Source of the DNA: a virus
Taxonomy: Duplodnaviria > Caudoviricetes
Length of the DNA: 36,736 nucleotides
Strand: one strand, 5' to 3'
IMG/VR virus record: IMGVR_UViG_3300037462_000677
Location: 1-36,736 of that record
Below, one piece after another: positions 8,499-20,914 of this stretch. The notes under the pieces are model-generated. The model was not told the origin of the DNA. It saw only the letters and a program-made list of their open reading frames with translations, and did not search any database. Positions within the stretch are counted from its first letter, which is position 1, and every line of letters starts with the position of its first letter. The position numbers and the translations under genes are program-made.

Positions 8499-9571
8499 AT
8501 GGCATGGTGTCACGTCCCCGGCACGGATTGTCCCTCTGCGCAGGCGGCGGAGGCCTTGATCTGGGCCTCATGCTCGCCGAGCCCGGCTATCACACCCGCG
8601 CCTTCGTCGAATGGGAGGACTGGCCAAGGGCGGTGCTCATCGCAGCGCAAGCAGCCGGATACTTCGCCCCGGCCCCGATCTGGACCGATCTGCGCAGCTT
8701 CGACGCCAGGCCCTTCCGCGGCGCCTTCGATGCCGTCCTCGCCGGATATCCCTGCCAGCCCTTCAGCGCGGCCGGAAAACGCGGTGGCGCCGACGATCCC
8801 CGGCACCTCTGGCCCGAAGTCGCCCGTGTCATCGGCGAATGCCGCCCGGAATGGGTCTTCCTCGAAAACGTCGCCGGTCACGTCACCCTCGGCCTCGAAA
8901 CCGTCCTGCGAGAGCTTTGGGGACTGGGCTACACGCCTGCGGCAAGCTTGTTCTCGGCGGCAGAGGTCGGCGCGCCGCATGAGCGGCTCCGCATCTTCAT
9001 CCTGGCCCACACCGATGAGCCTGCACCCCGGCACCGGCCGTTACAACCCGGCCGGGAACAGCGACTTCACCCGCAAGGCCGAGGCGCTGGCGCTGGGCAT
9101 CGCAAAGGCCCTGCCGAACCACTGGCCCACCCCGGCCGCCCAGAACTGGAAGGGCAGTTCAGAGGCCAGCATCACCCGCATCGACGGCAAATCCCGGATG
9201 GATCTGCTGCACTACCGGGCGGAACAGGGCTTCACCCACCCGGCCCCGGCGACCTTCCCGGATGGGCGACGGTCCTCGCCACACGCCCCGATCTCGCGCC
9301 CGCTCTGGGCTTCGATGATTGCCTCGCATGGGCGCGCCGTCTCGCGGCGGATCCTGAAGGGCCGGTCGCGGCGACGGCTGAACCCGCTCTTCGTCGGATG
9401 GCTGATGGGCTGGCCCATCGGGCACGCGCTCTGCGCCTGCTCGGCAACGGAGTTCACCCTCTGGCAGCGGCACATGCGTGGCGCTCTCTCGCAGCTGCCC
9501 ATGGCCTCGGGCCCGTGGATCTGGCGGCCGACGGATGCTGCCCAGCGCCCGGCGCAGATGGATTTCCTTGA
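8495..9571 (+). CDS. C5 cytosine DNA methyltransferase, alpha-type chain (motifs I-VIII and X)
   Basis: SLCAGGGG (I), AGYPCQPFS (IV), FLENV (VI), PHERLRIF (VIII), RLLGNGV (X). Start GTG 8495 or ATG 8504. Confidence 0.85.
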   Translation: MNGMVSRPRHGLSLCAGGGGLDLGLMLAEPGYHTRAFVEWEDWPRAVLIAAQAAGYFAPAPIWTDLRSFDARPFRGAFDAVLAGYPCQPFSAAGKRGGADDPRHLWPEVARVIGECRPEWVFLENVAGHVTLGLETVLRELWGLGYTPAASLFSAAEVGAPHERLRIFILAHTDEPAPRHRPLQPGREQRLHPQGRGAGAGHRKGPAEPLAHPGRPELEGQFRGQHHPHRRQIPDGSAALPGGTGLHPPGPGDLPGWATVLATRPDLAPALGFDDCLAWARRLAADPEGPVAATAEPALRRMADGLAHRARALRLLGNGVHPLAAAHAWRSLAAAHGLGPVDLAADGCCPAPGADGFP

Positions 9572-9587
9572 AGGATTGCAGCCATGA
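8979..9587 (+). CDS. Overlapping alternate-frame protein, putative MTase beta chain (TRD plus motif IX)
   Basis: Frame is open 8499-9587; WPTP repeats and RRRLNPLFVGWLMGWP (motif IX-like); stop overlaps the next ATG. Start uncertain (8499, 8979 or 9015). Confidence 0.65.
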   Translation: MSGSASSSWPTPMSLHPGTGRYNPAGNSDFTRKAEALALGIAKALPNHWPTPAAQNWKGSSEASITRIDGKSRMDLLHYRAEQGFTHPAPATFPDGRRSSPHAPISRPLWASMIASHGRAVSRRILKGRSRRRLNPLFVGWLMGWPIGHALCACSATEFTLWQRHMRGALSQLPMASGPWIWRPTDAAQRPAQMDFLEGLQP

Positions 9588-10258
9588 GTTTCCACAGCCG
9601 CGTCAGCGGCACCAGGATCAAGCGCGCGCTGGGCGTGCAGGCCGCGCTGGAATGGGCGTTCCGGGTTGAACAGGCGCAGCTGGAACTGCCCCTGCCTCCG
9701 GACATCACCGAAGAAGGGTTCGGCTTCGGTCTGGAATACGTCCTGCTGCAGCGCGCCGTGCTGGGCTGCAAGATCGACGGCGGCCAGCACAAGATCGGCG
9801 GCTACACCCACGAGGACGCCGAGGTGATCGCCGCCACTGTCGCCGGGATCCCCGACAACCTCGGTGGCAAGCGCATGGCGATCCGCTTGGCCGAACTGGC
9901 CCGCGCTGGACTGACCCCGGACTGGATGCCGGGAGCAGTACCTCGCTGCGTGCCGACCATCTTCAAGCAGAACCAGCATGGCGCGCATGCGGGGGCCATC
10001 GTTGTGGGGTTCGAGCGTATCCGCGTTCGAGGCGCGGGCGCCCGTGCCAAATGGAAGACCATCGACATTCTCGCCTGCCCGGTCACCTTCTCCCCCCACC
10101 CCCAACAGATCGAAGCCGCCCGGCGTGGCTATGAAGACTGGTGGCAGGCGCTGGGCTGGGTCCGCGATGGGCTGATCGCGGGCGGGATGCTGCGGGAGGT
10201 TGAGGTCACAGCGGCGATGCCGAAGGCGCGGCCTTGGAAATCGCGTGACGGTCGATGA
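9584..10258 (+). CDS. Hypothetical phage protein, possible late-gene regulator
   Basis: 224-aa ORF, last gene of the early operon at the position lambda Q occupies; function inferred from position only. Confidence 0.65.
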   Translation: MSFHSRVSGTRIKRALGVQAALEWAFRVEQAQLELPLPPDITEEGFGFGLEYVLLQRAVLGCKIDGGQHKIGGYTHEDAEVIAATVAGIPDNLGGKRMAIRLAELARAGLTPDWMPGAVPRCVPTIFKQNQHGAHAGAIVVGFERIRVRGAGARAKWKTIDILACPVTFSPHPQQIEAARRGYEDWWQALGWVRDGLIAGGMLREVEVTAAMPKARPWKSRDGR

Positions 10259-10267
10259 CCGTCACGC
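10243..10267. terminator. Perfect 11-bp hairpin at a convergent gene junction
   Basis: GCGTGACGGTC-GAT-GACCGTCACGC. Confidence 0.5.
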
Positions 10268-10273
10268 ATCCTT

Positions 10274-13576
<3,303 letters not shown>

Positions 13577-13587
13577 GGCTCTACCCC

Positions 13588-16374
13588 TTAAACCTCAAAT
13601 CTCATCTGACCGCTGCGGTTCGTCAGCGGCGCGGTGGCGGCTTCGCGGGTCAGGTCGGTCCAGTCCGCGATCAGCGCGTTGTAGGCGGTCGCCTCCTTCG
13701 CGTCGCCCCGCTTTTCGCAGATGTTGTAAAGCACATAGGCGAGGTCGCGCACGTCATCCGCCTTGGGGCCAAACTTCTTCAGCATCACCGCCGCCTCATA
13801 GCCGATCCCGTATTTCTCGTGCAGGCGCACCAGATGCTGGCAGCATTCCCAGACGGTCAGGTGACCATCGGCATCTGGCTCCCACTCGGCGTCCATCTCG
13901 TCACGCTTCAGGATCCGCACCTTACCGGCGGCGCTTTCCACGATCCCGGCATGCTTCACGCTTTCGACCGAGATGCCGCGCGCGGTGGCGATGTTGTTCG
14001 CCGTGCCATAGTCGCCCGCCTTCAGCCCGTTCTGTTCGAACCAGGTGATGGCAAAGCGGGTGTCGGCGTCGAACTCGCCCTGGATGCCGCCGAGGTATTC
14101 GTCGAGCTCGCGGTTGATCAGTTGCAGCGCGGCCTTCACCGTCATCGGGCTGTCGTCGGACTCCAGCACCGACTTGTAGCGCGAGAAGACGCCCATGCCG
14201 GGGCCGATGGCCGATTGCGGCATGTCGGCCGGGGCAATGTTGGCGGCCTGAAGCTCGGCGATGGCCGGAGGCAGTTCGCGTTTCAGGGCACGGATGAACT
14301 CGGCCCGTGTGATGACGTCAGCTGACGCTTGCTTTCGCCTGCAAACAATTACTACGGAATTGGCCAGAACGTTCATGCTGACTTTCAGCCCGGTGTCACG
14401 CTCGGTCCTAACAGGCCATGTACCAACAATCTGATATCCAGCCTCAATCACAGCGGCCAAGAAGGTCGCCCACCCGGTAGAGCTAATACCTTCCTCTTGA
14501 ATTTCGCTTTGCTTAAAAGCATAGTAAATTGCAGCCGGGAAATTACGACTGGATTGATCGGCCATAGCCTTTATTGCCTGCCTCATTCCATCCAAGAAAT
14601 GAAGCTCCGCAGCTTCCTTGCTGCCATATCGTGAGGCTGAAGCCACAAGCTCTTCAGCTTTTGGGGTTGCCAGTGATTGGAAAATTTCCGGATAAATGTC
14701 TCCAACATTCTTCTTCAAAAACTCGTAGAAAAAATCTGAAAGGTCAGCATAGTCAATATTGTCGTAATAAGGTGGATCCGTGCTTATTACAGCCCCCTCC
14801 GCATAAATCATTGATTGAGCATCACACTGCTGCTGCGTACCCACTGCGGAAGGCGCAAAGCGGTTCAGGGCCTTTACGATGCTGTAGAGCGACGTTCGAT
14901 AATCACCAGCCATTTCCGAAAACAATCCCGTCTCGGCAAAATCCCACACCATTGGAATCGCCTGGCGACCAAAAAGGTGTACCGCTTGATTAGCCGAGCG
15001 CGACCAGTTGCAGTGTGCATTCGAGATATCGGCCAATCGACTGATACCAAATGCCAAATAAACACTGATTGCTTCGGCGTAAGCGCGAGAGCCAGTCCCA
15101 CCACTCCGCAGCGGCACGTCATCTTCCAATAGATTGGCCCGACGCGCGTCAGCCTCAACCTCGGCGCGGATCTCTCTTACAAGCCGCGACAGAGTATTCA
15201 ATGACGTGAGCTGCCTGTTGGTAAAGAGCTGCCCAAAGTTCTCAATTCCGTAGTTACCGACGTTAACCTTTGACTTTCCTTGAAGTTGCAGTGAAGGTTT
15301 CCAGTCTGGCAGTTGCACTTCGGCTGCACGAACGTGTTGATCGTTCGCGGAGAGGAAGACTCGACCGCGTACGCCGTCCGCGACAATTGCCACCAACCTG
15401 GCTCCCATTCTTCCAGCCTGGCCCATGCGTCGAATGTAGTCGTATGTGATGGCAGAGTCGGAAATCAGGCAGCGAAAACCTTGTCTCTTTCCGGATGTTG
15501 CGCCCAATTCAGCGGCCTTCTTTTCCGAATTAGTCCCTTCGCTTCGAATCCGGAATTCGATGGTTTTCAACACACGATCGATGATTGGCTCGATCCAAAC
15601 TTCGCTTCCTTTCTTTGAAGAGAGCAGAAAGCTCGAAAGCAGAGGCACTTGTACGTCAGAGAATGCGGGATCAGGACTGGGCACTGTTCTGACCCATATC
15701 CAGGCAATGACCTTGCCGAGCTTCTTGGTACTGGACGAGCTGACGCCGACAGGAATTTCAACGGGGGGGTATAAATCACCAAGCTCCTCCAGAGCCCTTT
15801 GTCGAATTAATTCCCCATAATATTCAACATCTTCGGCGATTCCTTCCGCGAATCGATATTGGTTTCGATCCTTTCCACCGGGGTGGACTGGATTCTTCCC
15901 CAAAAATTTCGGCGGGATCTCGATCATCGCCTTACCGATCATCACCGCCACCGGGTTCAGGTCAGAGCCGTACGCAGGCAGACCAAGCCGCTGCGCCTCG
16001 AGCGGGATCGACCCGCCACCCGAGAACGGGTCATAGACCGGCGGGAGCACTCCGCCGCAGGACCGCCGAATTTCCGCGCGCGCACGCTCCAGGACCTCTT
16101 CGTTTGTTGAGTTCTCCCAAGTCACTAAGTCCTCAATGATGGCAAACAGCCGCTGCCTCTCGCGTTCTTGATCAGCATGGGTCGGGAATTGGTCAGGATG
16201 GCTAGACGGATCATCAACCAACTGCCCAAATAGAACGGCCCGACAAGCCGCCAACGGACGTCTTGCCCAATAAAGGTGCAAGGTTGATGGATGACCATGC
16301 CGGATAGACTTTTCACGAATGGAGGCTTTGTTGATTGCCTCTAATGGTAGTGCGACCTCAATCAGTTTCTTCAT
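13588..16374 (-). CDS. DUF1156-containing DNA adenine methyltransferase
   Basis: LHLYWARRPLAACRA, DPFSGGGSIPLEA (motif I), TDPPYYDNIDYADLSDFF (motif IV). Confidence 0.9.
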   Translation of the reverse strand: MKKLIEVALPLEAINKASIREKSIRHGHPSTLHLYWARRPLAACRAVLFGQLVDDPSSHPDQFPTHADQERERQRLFAIIEDLVTWENSTNEEVLERARAEIRRSCGGVLPPVYDPFSGGGSIPLEAQRLGLPAYGSDLNPVAVMIGKAMIEIPPKFLGKNPVHPGGKDRNQYRFAEGIAEDVEYYGELIRQRALEELGDLYPPVEIPVGVSSSSTKKLGKVIAWIWVRTVPSPDPAFSDVQVPLLSSFLLSSKKGSEVWIEPIIDRVLKTIEFRIRSEGTNSEKKAAELGATSGKRQGFRCLISDSAITYDYIRRMGQAGRMGARLVAIVADGVRGRVFLSANDQHVRAAEVQLPDWKPSLQLQGKSKVNVGNYGIENFGQLFTNRQLTSLNTLSRLVREIRAEVEADARRANLLEDDVPLRSGGTGSRAYAEAISVYLAFGISRLADISNAHCNWSRSANQAVHLFGRQAIPMVWDFAETGLFSEMAGDYRTSLYSIVKALNRFAPSAVGTQQQCDAQSMIYAEGAVISTDPPYYDNIDYADLSDFFYEFLKKNVGDIYPEIFQSLATPKAEELVASASRYGSKEAAELHFLDGMRQAIKAMADQSSRNFPAAIYYAFKQSEIQEEGISSTGWATFLAAVIEAGYQIVGTWPVRTERDTGLKVSMNVLANSVVIVCRRKQASADVITRAEFIRALKRELPPAIAELQAANIAPADMPQSAIGPGMGVFSRYKSVLESDDSPMTVKAALQLINRELDEYLGGIQGEFDADTRFAITWFEQNGLKAGDYGTANNIATARGISVESVKHAGIVESAAGKVRILKRDEMDAEWEPDADGHLTVWECCQHLVRLHEKYGIGYEAAVMLKKFGPKADDVRDLAYVLYNICEKRGDAKEATAYNALIADWTDLTREAATAPLTNRSGQMRFEV

Positions 16375-16808
16375 TTGACTTTCTCCAAGAGCGCCATCTC
16401 GAAGGCTTCCTCCATTATGGAAAAGCTCTGCGGCGGATTGAAGGAGAACTGTTGCTTCAGAACGGACAGCTCCGCAGGTATAGCGAAGAGGGTCGGCGCA
16501 GAGATCCTTATGGCATTAACTTCACCGAGCTGCCCTACGTACCTTATCAGCTCATTTTCAGTGATCGCACCCAGGGTTCGGATTTCAACCGCCTCGCGCA
16601 GGTTAATACTGGTAATGCCCTCAACCTCCGCAAAGCCAATTATAGCTTTCACAGGGACACCGACGTAGAAGAATATCCGTCGAGGCAGTTTTGTTGGTCG
16701 TCTTTTTCTGAAGAATACGCGAACTTGCCCTTTGCGAAGAGCTTCCTCCCACCTGCCCTCGAAGGAGTAGACGACCGATGAATTGTTATTCTTGATTGTG
16801 GCAGTCAT
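16371..16808 (-). CDS. ASCH/PUA-like domain protein
   Basis: YSFEGRWEEALRKGQVRVFFRKR...FFYVGVPVKAIIGFAEV...FNPPQSF follows the ASCH pattern; ATGA overlaps on both sides. Confidence 0.7.
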   Translation of the reverse strand: MTATIKNNNSSVVYSFEGRWEEALRKGQVRVFFRKRRPTKLPRRIFFYVGVPVKAIIGFAEVEGITSINLREAVEIRTLGAITENELIRYVGQLGEVNAIRISAPTLFAIPAELSVLKQQFSFNPPQSFSIMEEAFEMALLEKVK

Positions 16809-19800
16809 TTCGGCCCCTCTGCCCGCTCGAGCAGGCGTTTTAGATTGAATTGTATGGCGGTGTGTTCGAACGAGGGTTCATGGTCCGACAGCGCCCCCCG
16901 CACATACCGCGGTTCTTGCGCGTAGCCACTCTCGATCTGCACGATGGCCAGAATGTATTTGCCCGGTTCGTGGAGGGACGTGATGATCTCTTGCCGGGTC
17001 AGCATGACGGTATCGGCGCCGTCGATGCGACCCTTGACCTCGATGAAGCGCAGATGGCCAGAGCGGGGATCGAAGGAGGCAATGTCATAGCCTACCTTCT
17101 GCGCCGACACATCGCGCGGCTCATTGCCCAGCGCCCGCTCGGCTTTGATGACCGCTTCCATGGCCTTCAACTCGCTGATCCGACGAGCCTCCGGGTCTTC
17201 GGCAAAGGCGCTGGGCTTGGCCCCAGTTGCGGCGGCAGCCTTCGCCAGCAGCACCCCTTTTGGCACGACGACCATGCCACCCCGCACCCGCGGCGGCTGG
17301 GCAGAGATGAAGCGCTCCTTCTCCAGCAGCTCCATCCGGCGTTTCAGGCGGTCAGCCAAGTCCTCGGCCCTGCGCTCGGCGTTCTGCCAGTTCAAGCGGG
17401 TCTTCTTCCCGGCCTTTTCATCCTCGCGCAGTTCGGCGGCCCGGTTGTCCCAGAAGTTGATCTCCTTCTTGAGACGGGCCTTCACCTCCTGCTCGACCTT
17501 GGCGATCTCGGGCAGGCGTCTTGCCTTCACTTCGGCCACATGGCTCTGCGCCAGATCGACGGTAGCGAAGCGGATCGCAGCCTTTTCCAGATCGTTCCGC
17601 AACCAGTCCTCGTGCAGCTTGTCGGAAACCAGTGCGATTTCCTCGGCCGTGGCGGGGCGAAGGTTAAGGTGTGGGGCGATCCCCGCATTGGCCGCTTTCC
17701 CTGTCTTGTCGATCGAGGCGAACTGCAGTTTTTCCGAGATGATGTGAGGTTTGCCGGTACTGGTCGGGCGGCCGTCCTGGACGCTGTGCTCCAGCAGGAA
17801 GATGGCCGACAAGTCCTGGCCAAGGTCGGTTTCATCGACCATGACGGCACCTTGCCTCATCAGGTGGTCGTGCTGTTCGCGCACGATGCTGATGACAGCT
17901 TCCAGCAATGGGTGGCCCGGACAGACGAAGGTCGCCACCGGCTGCTGGTTCACCTTGCCCTTCTCGAAGCAGATGCGTTCATACTTCTTCTGAACTGGCG
18001 AGCCAGTGCCAATCTGCCGGTCACGTTCGCGGATGCTGACTGGGACATGAATGATCTCCCACCGCCCCTCCTCCCGCGGCTTGATCTGACCACCGAGGCG
18101 CTTGAACGCCTCGACAAAGAAGCTCTGGATATGGTGCGGCTGCAGGCGCTGGGCCTCAGCGCGCTCCATGTCGATGCGGATTTCTTGCACCTTGGCGGCT
18201 GGCATCGTGTCGTTGGTCAGCGCCCGGCGTGCCAGCAGATCAAGCAGATGCTGCTGATCAACGGCCCCATCGACGGCCTGGAACAGCCGGGCCTTCACAT
18301 CAGGCTGCTCGCCATACTGGATGGCCTCGAACAACAGATCCTTCAGCGCCGTGCCATCGAACAACTCGCCAAGTACGTCGTAGACTCGCCCGCCCAGCGC
18401 CTCGCGCGCAGCCTCCAACTTTTCCAGAAGCCGGGCATAGACCTCGCCCTCACGCGTATCAGCCGCCACGAGGTTCCAAAGGTGGCAGACCTCGGTCTGG
18501 CCAATCCGGTGAATACGACCGAACCGCTGTTCAATCTTGTTCGGGTTCCAGGGGAGGTCGTAATTCACCATCAGGTGACCACGCTGGAGGTTCACACCTT
18601 CACCCGCCGCGTCGTTCGCTATCAACACCAGCATGTCGCGGTCCTGCATGAAGCGCTCGACGATCTTCCTCCGATCCTCGCGGGACACGCCACCATGGAT
18701 CACCTCGACAGCATCAGCACGACCAAGGCGCGACCTCACACGATCATGCAGGTAGTAGAGTGTGTCCTTCGGCTCGGTGAAGATGATGAGCTTCCGACGG
18801 TTGCCGTGGGAGTCGACCATCAGCTCGTCATCGAGGATGCGGTTCAGCTGCGACCACTTGGTGTCCTGGCCGGAGCTGAGAACGCCCAGCGCCATTCGCT
18901 CCAAGCCTTGCAGCGTTTCGACCTCAAGGGCGAGCTGATCGACGGTTTCTGCCGTGGTAGCGGTCGTGGAAATCCGGTCCTCGATGTCGTCGATCTCGTC
19001 CTGACCAAGTTCCTCAAGGTTCTGCAGCGCATCATCCGGCACATCAGGGACATCGAAACCGGACCTCTTGCCGCGGACCATCAGCCGCGCCTCGGCCAGT
19101 TCTGCCTCAAGCCGTTCGCGCCGCCTTTTCAGCGACTGGTAAATCGCGGCTGGTGACGATGCGAGACGACGCTGAAGGATTTGAAGGGCAAAGCCGACGT
19201 TATTCCGTTTCTTGCCATCCTCGGCCGCGAAGCGCTGGACCCGGTTCATCTCGTTGCGGACGTACTCAGTCACAGCGGCGTAGAGCGCGGCCTCTTCGGG
19301 CGACAGCTCATACTTGACCGTGTAGGCGCGACGCTCGGGGAATAGCGGGCGGCCGTCGAAGCGCAGCAGCTCCTCTTTCGTCAGGCGCCGCATCATGTCG
19401 GCGGTATCCGCGTAATGCACGCCATCACGGAACCGGCCCTCGAACCGGTCACCATCCAGCAGCGCCATGAACAGCTGGAAGTCCTGCTCATGCCCATTGT
19501 GCGGCGTTGCCGACATCAACAGCAGGTGACGGCAGGCTTCCCCGAGTTTCTGACCAACGCGATACCGTTTGGTGTACTTGGCTTCACCGCCGAAATACGT
19601 CGCGGACATGCGGTGAGCTTCGTCACAGATGATCAGATCCCACTCCGCCGCCTGTGCCAGCTTGTCCTGCAGTTCCTCATTCCGGGCTAGAACATCAAGC
19701 CGAGCGATCAGTCGATTGCGGTCGCTGAAGGGATTTCCTGACCGGGAGTTTTCGATCATGTCACGGGTCAAGATGTCGAACTCCAGCCCGAACTTTTCCC

Positions 19801-20314
19801 CAAGTTCATCTTGCCACTGTTCGACCAGACTACCGGGTGCAACGACCAGACAGCGTTCAAGATCGCTACGGGCGATCAATTCCTTGATCAGCAGTCCCGC
19901 CATGATCGTCTTTCCGGCCCCGGGGTCGTCGGCGAGAAGAAAACGCAACGGCTGGCGCGGCAGCATTTCGCCGTAGACTGCAGAAATCTGGTGAGGAAGC
20001 GGATCAACCAGGCTGGTATGAATAGCGAGATAGGGGTCGAAATAATGCGCCAGCTTTATACGATTGGCCTCGGTTACAAGGCGAAGAAGATCGCCATCCG
20101 CATCGAATGACCATGCACGACCACGGGAATCCATCTCAATTCTGGCCTGATCATCACGATACAGGGTTGTTTCAGCGACACCGCCACCGGGCACGCGATA
20201 GACAAGGTTTATTGCCTGATCCCCAATCCACTCGACAGAAACAACCTCGACGGGCTGGCCCGGAACGACGCCGCGCAATTGAGCGCCATTCTTGATATCT
20301 TCCAGAACCGTCAT
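16805..20314 (-). CDS. SNF2-family helicase with C-terminal DUF3883 nuclease domain
   Basis: LLADDPGAGKT, ICDEAH, SATPH, GEGVNLQ, QRFGRIHRIGQ; C-terminal GYDIAS...RFIEVKG; GGAGG before ATG 20314. Confidence 0.92.
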   Translation of the reverse strand: MTVLEDIKNGAQLRGVVPGQPVEVVSVEWIGDQAINLVYRVPGGGVAETTLYRDDQARIEMDSRGRAWSFDADGDLLRLVTEANRIKLAHYFDPYLAIHTSLVDPLPHQISAVYGEMLPRQPLRFLLADDPGAGKTIMAGLLIKELIARSDLERCLVVAPGSLVEQWQDELGEKFGLEFDILTRDMIENSRSGNPFSDRNRLIARLDVLARNEELQDKLAQAAEWDLIICDEAHRMSATYFGGEAKYTKRYRVGQKLGEACRHLLLMSATPHNGHEQDFQLFMALLDGDRFEGRFRDGVHYADTADMMRRLTKEELLRFDGRPLFPERRAYTVKYELSPEEAALYAAVTEYVRNEMNRVQRFAAEDGKKRNNVGFALQILQRRLASSPAAIYQSLKRRRERLEAELAEARLMVRGKRSGFDVPDVPDDALQNLEELGQDEIDDIEDRISTTATTAETVDQLALEVETLQGLERMALGVLSSGQDTKWSQLNRILDDELMVDSHGNRRKLIIFTEPKDTLYYLHDRVRSRLGRADAVEVIHGGVSREDRRKIVERFMQDRDMLVLIANDAAGEGVNLQRGHLMVNYDLPWNPNKIEQRFGRIHRIGQTEVCHLWNLVAADTREGEVYARLLEKLEAAREALGGRVYDVLGELFDGTALKDLLFEAIQYGEQPDVKARLFQAVDGAVDQQHLLDLLARRALTNDTMPAAKVQEIRIDMERAEAQRLQPHHIQSFFVEAFKRLGGQIKPREEGRWEIIHVPVSIRERDRQIGTGSPVQKKYERICFEKGKVNQQPVATFVCPGHPLLEAVISIVREQHDHLMRQGAVMVDETDLGQDLSAIFLLEHSVQDGRPTSTGKPHIISEKLQFASIDKTGKAANAGIAPHLNLRPATAEEIALVSDKLHEDWLRNDLEKAAIRFATVDLAQSHVAEVKARRLPEIAKVEQEVKARLKKEINFWDNRAAELREDEKAGKKTRLNWQNAERRAEDLADRLKRRMELLEKERFISAQPPRVRGGMVVVPKGVLLAKAAAATGAKPSAFAEDPEARRISELKAMEAVIKAERALGNEPRDVSAQKVGYDIASFDPRSGHLRFIEVKGRIDGADTVMLTRQEIITSLHEPGKYILAIVQIESGYAQEPRYVRGALSDHEPSFEHTAIQFNLKRLLERAEGPK

Positions 20315-20604
20315 CTTCCCTCCGCCCACTTGCACCGGGATCGAATCGGCGCAGCACTCCAGTCTACTCGAAACGCATGGTCAAACAGCCTGAAAGCCCT
20401 GCAATTTCTATCAGATGGACGTTAGACGCCGTTGCATCCGGGAACAAGCGGCGACCGTCGCCGAAAGCCGATGATCTAAGGTCTGGCTACCCCTCTGAGC
20501 CTACCACTGGTCTGACCTCCCCCCTCCTCTGGTTCCTCCCCGGCCCTGAACGTATGCGGGGGGGCGCAGCGCGGCGGTTCGCTAGCGCGAGGCGTTTTCA
20601 CCGG

Positions 20605-20763
20605 GGAAGCCAGGCGGAAGCCACCTTGCGACCCGGAGCCGAAATTCATGAGTCAGATCAGCGGTTTGCATAATCACGATCTGGCCGGGGTGGATTCCCG
20701 GCGGGAAGCCAAGGAAGCCACCTCCGGGGAAGCCAGGTGGCGGGAAGCCACCCCGGAAAGCCA
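20605..20763 (+). repeat. Cluster of GGAAGCCA octamers
   Basis: Exact copies at 20605, 20616, 20704, 20713, 20728 and 20743; variant GAAAGCCA at 20756. Confidence 0.85.
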
Positions 20764-20801
20764 ATGCCTTAGAAGCTGTTGAATCCGCTTCACTTTTCCG
20801 G

Positions 20802-20831
20802 TTGACAGACCTGCCCCCATTGACCTACCCC
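20802..20831 (+). promoter_or_regulatory. Putative late promoter
   Basis: Perfect TTGACA at 20802 with only a weak -10 (TACCCC region), upstream of the long rightward operon. Confidence 0.4.
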
Positions 20832-20849
20832 TTGATCATCGAAGAATTG

Positions 20850-20886
20850 CGCCCGGAGGAACCCCCTCGCGGGCGGTTTTCATTTC
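20850..20886 (+). terminator. Leader hairpin followed by a T tract
   Basis: CGCCCGGAGG-AACCC-CCTCGCGGGCG then GTTTTCATTT. Confidence 0.5.
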
Positions 20887-20914
20887 ACCTCCCCCACATC
20901 CCGAGCCCCGCCCC

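Noticed and set aside
5388-10267. TGACCGTCACGC at both convergent junctions (5388 and 10256)
   Set aside because: Partly explained by stop codons; 12 bp in GC-rich DNA with no further similarity.
16850-19156. 768-aa plus-strand ORF and similar long antisense ORFs (26391..28112, 31625..33205)
   Set aside because: Antisense shadows of motif-rich genes, expected with high-GC codon bias; no recognisable motifs.
20605-20763. CRISPR array
   Set aside because: Repeats are 8 bp with irregular spacing and there are no cas genes.
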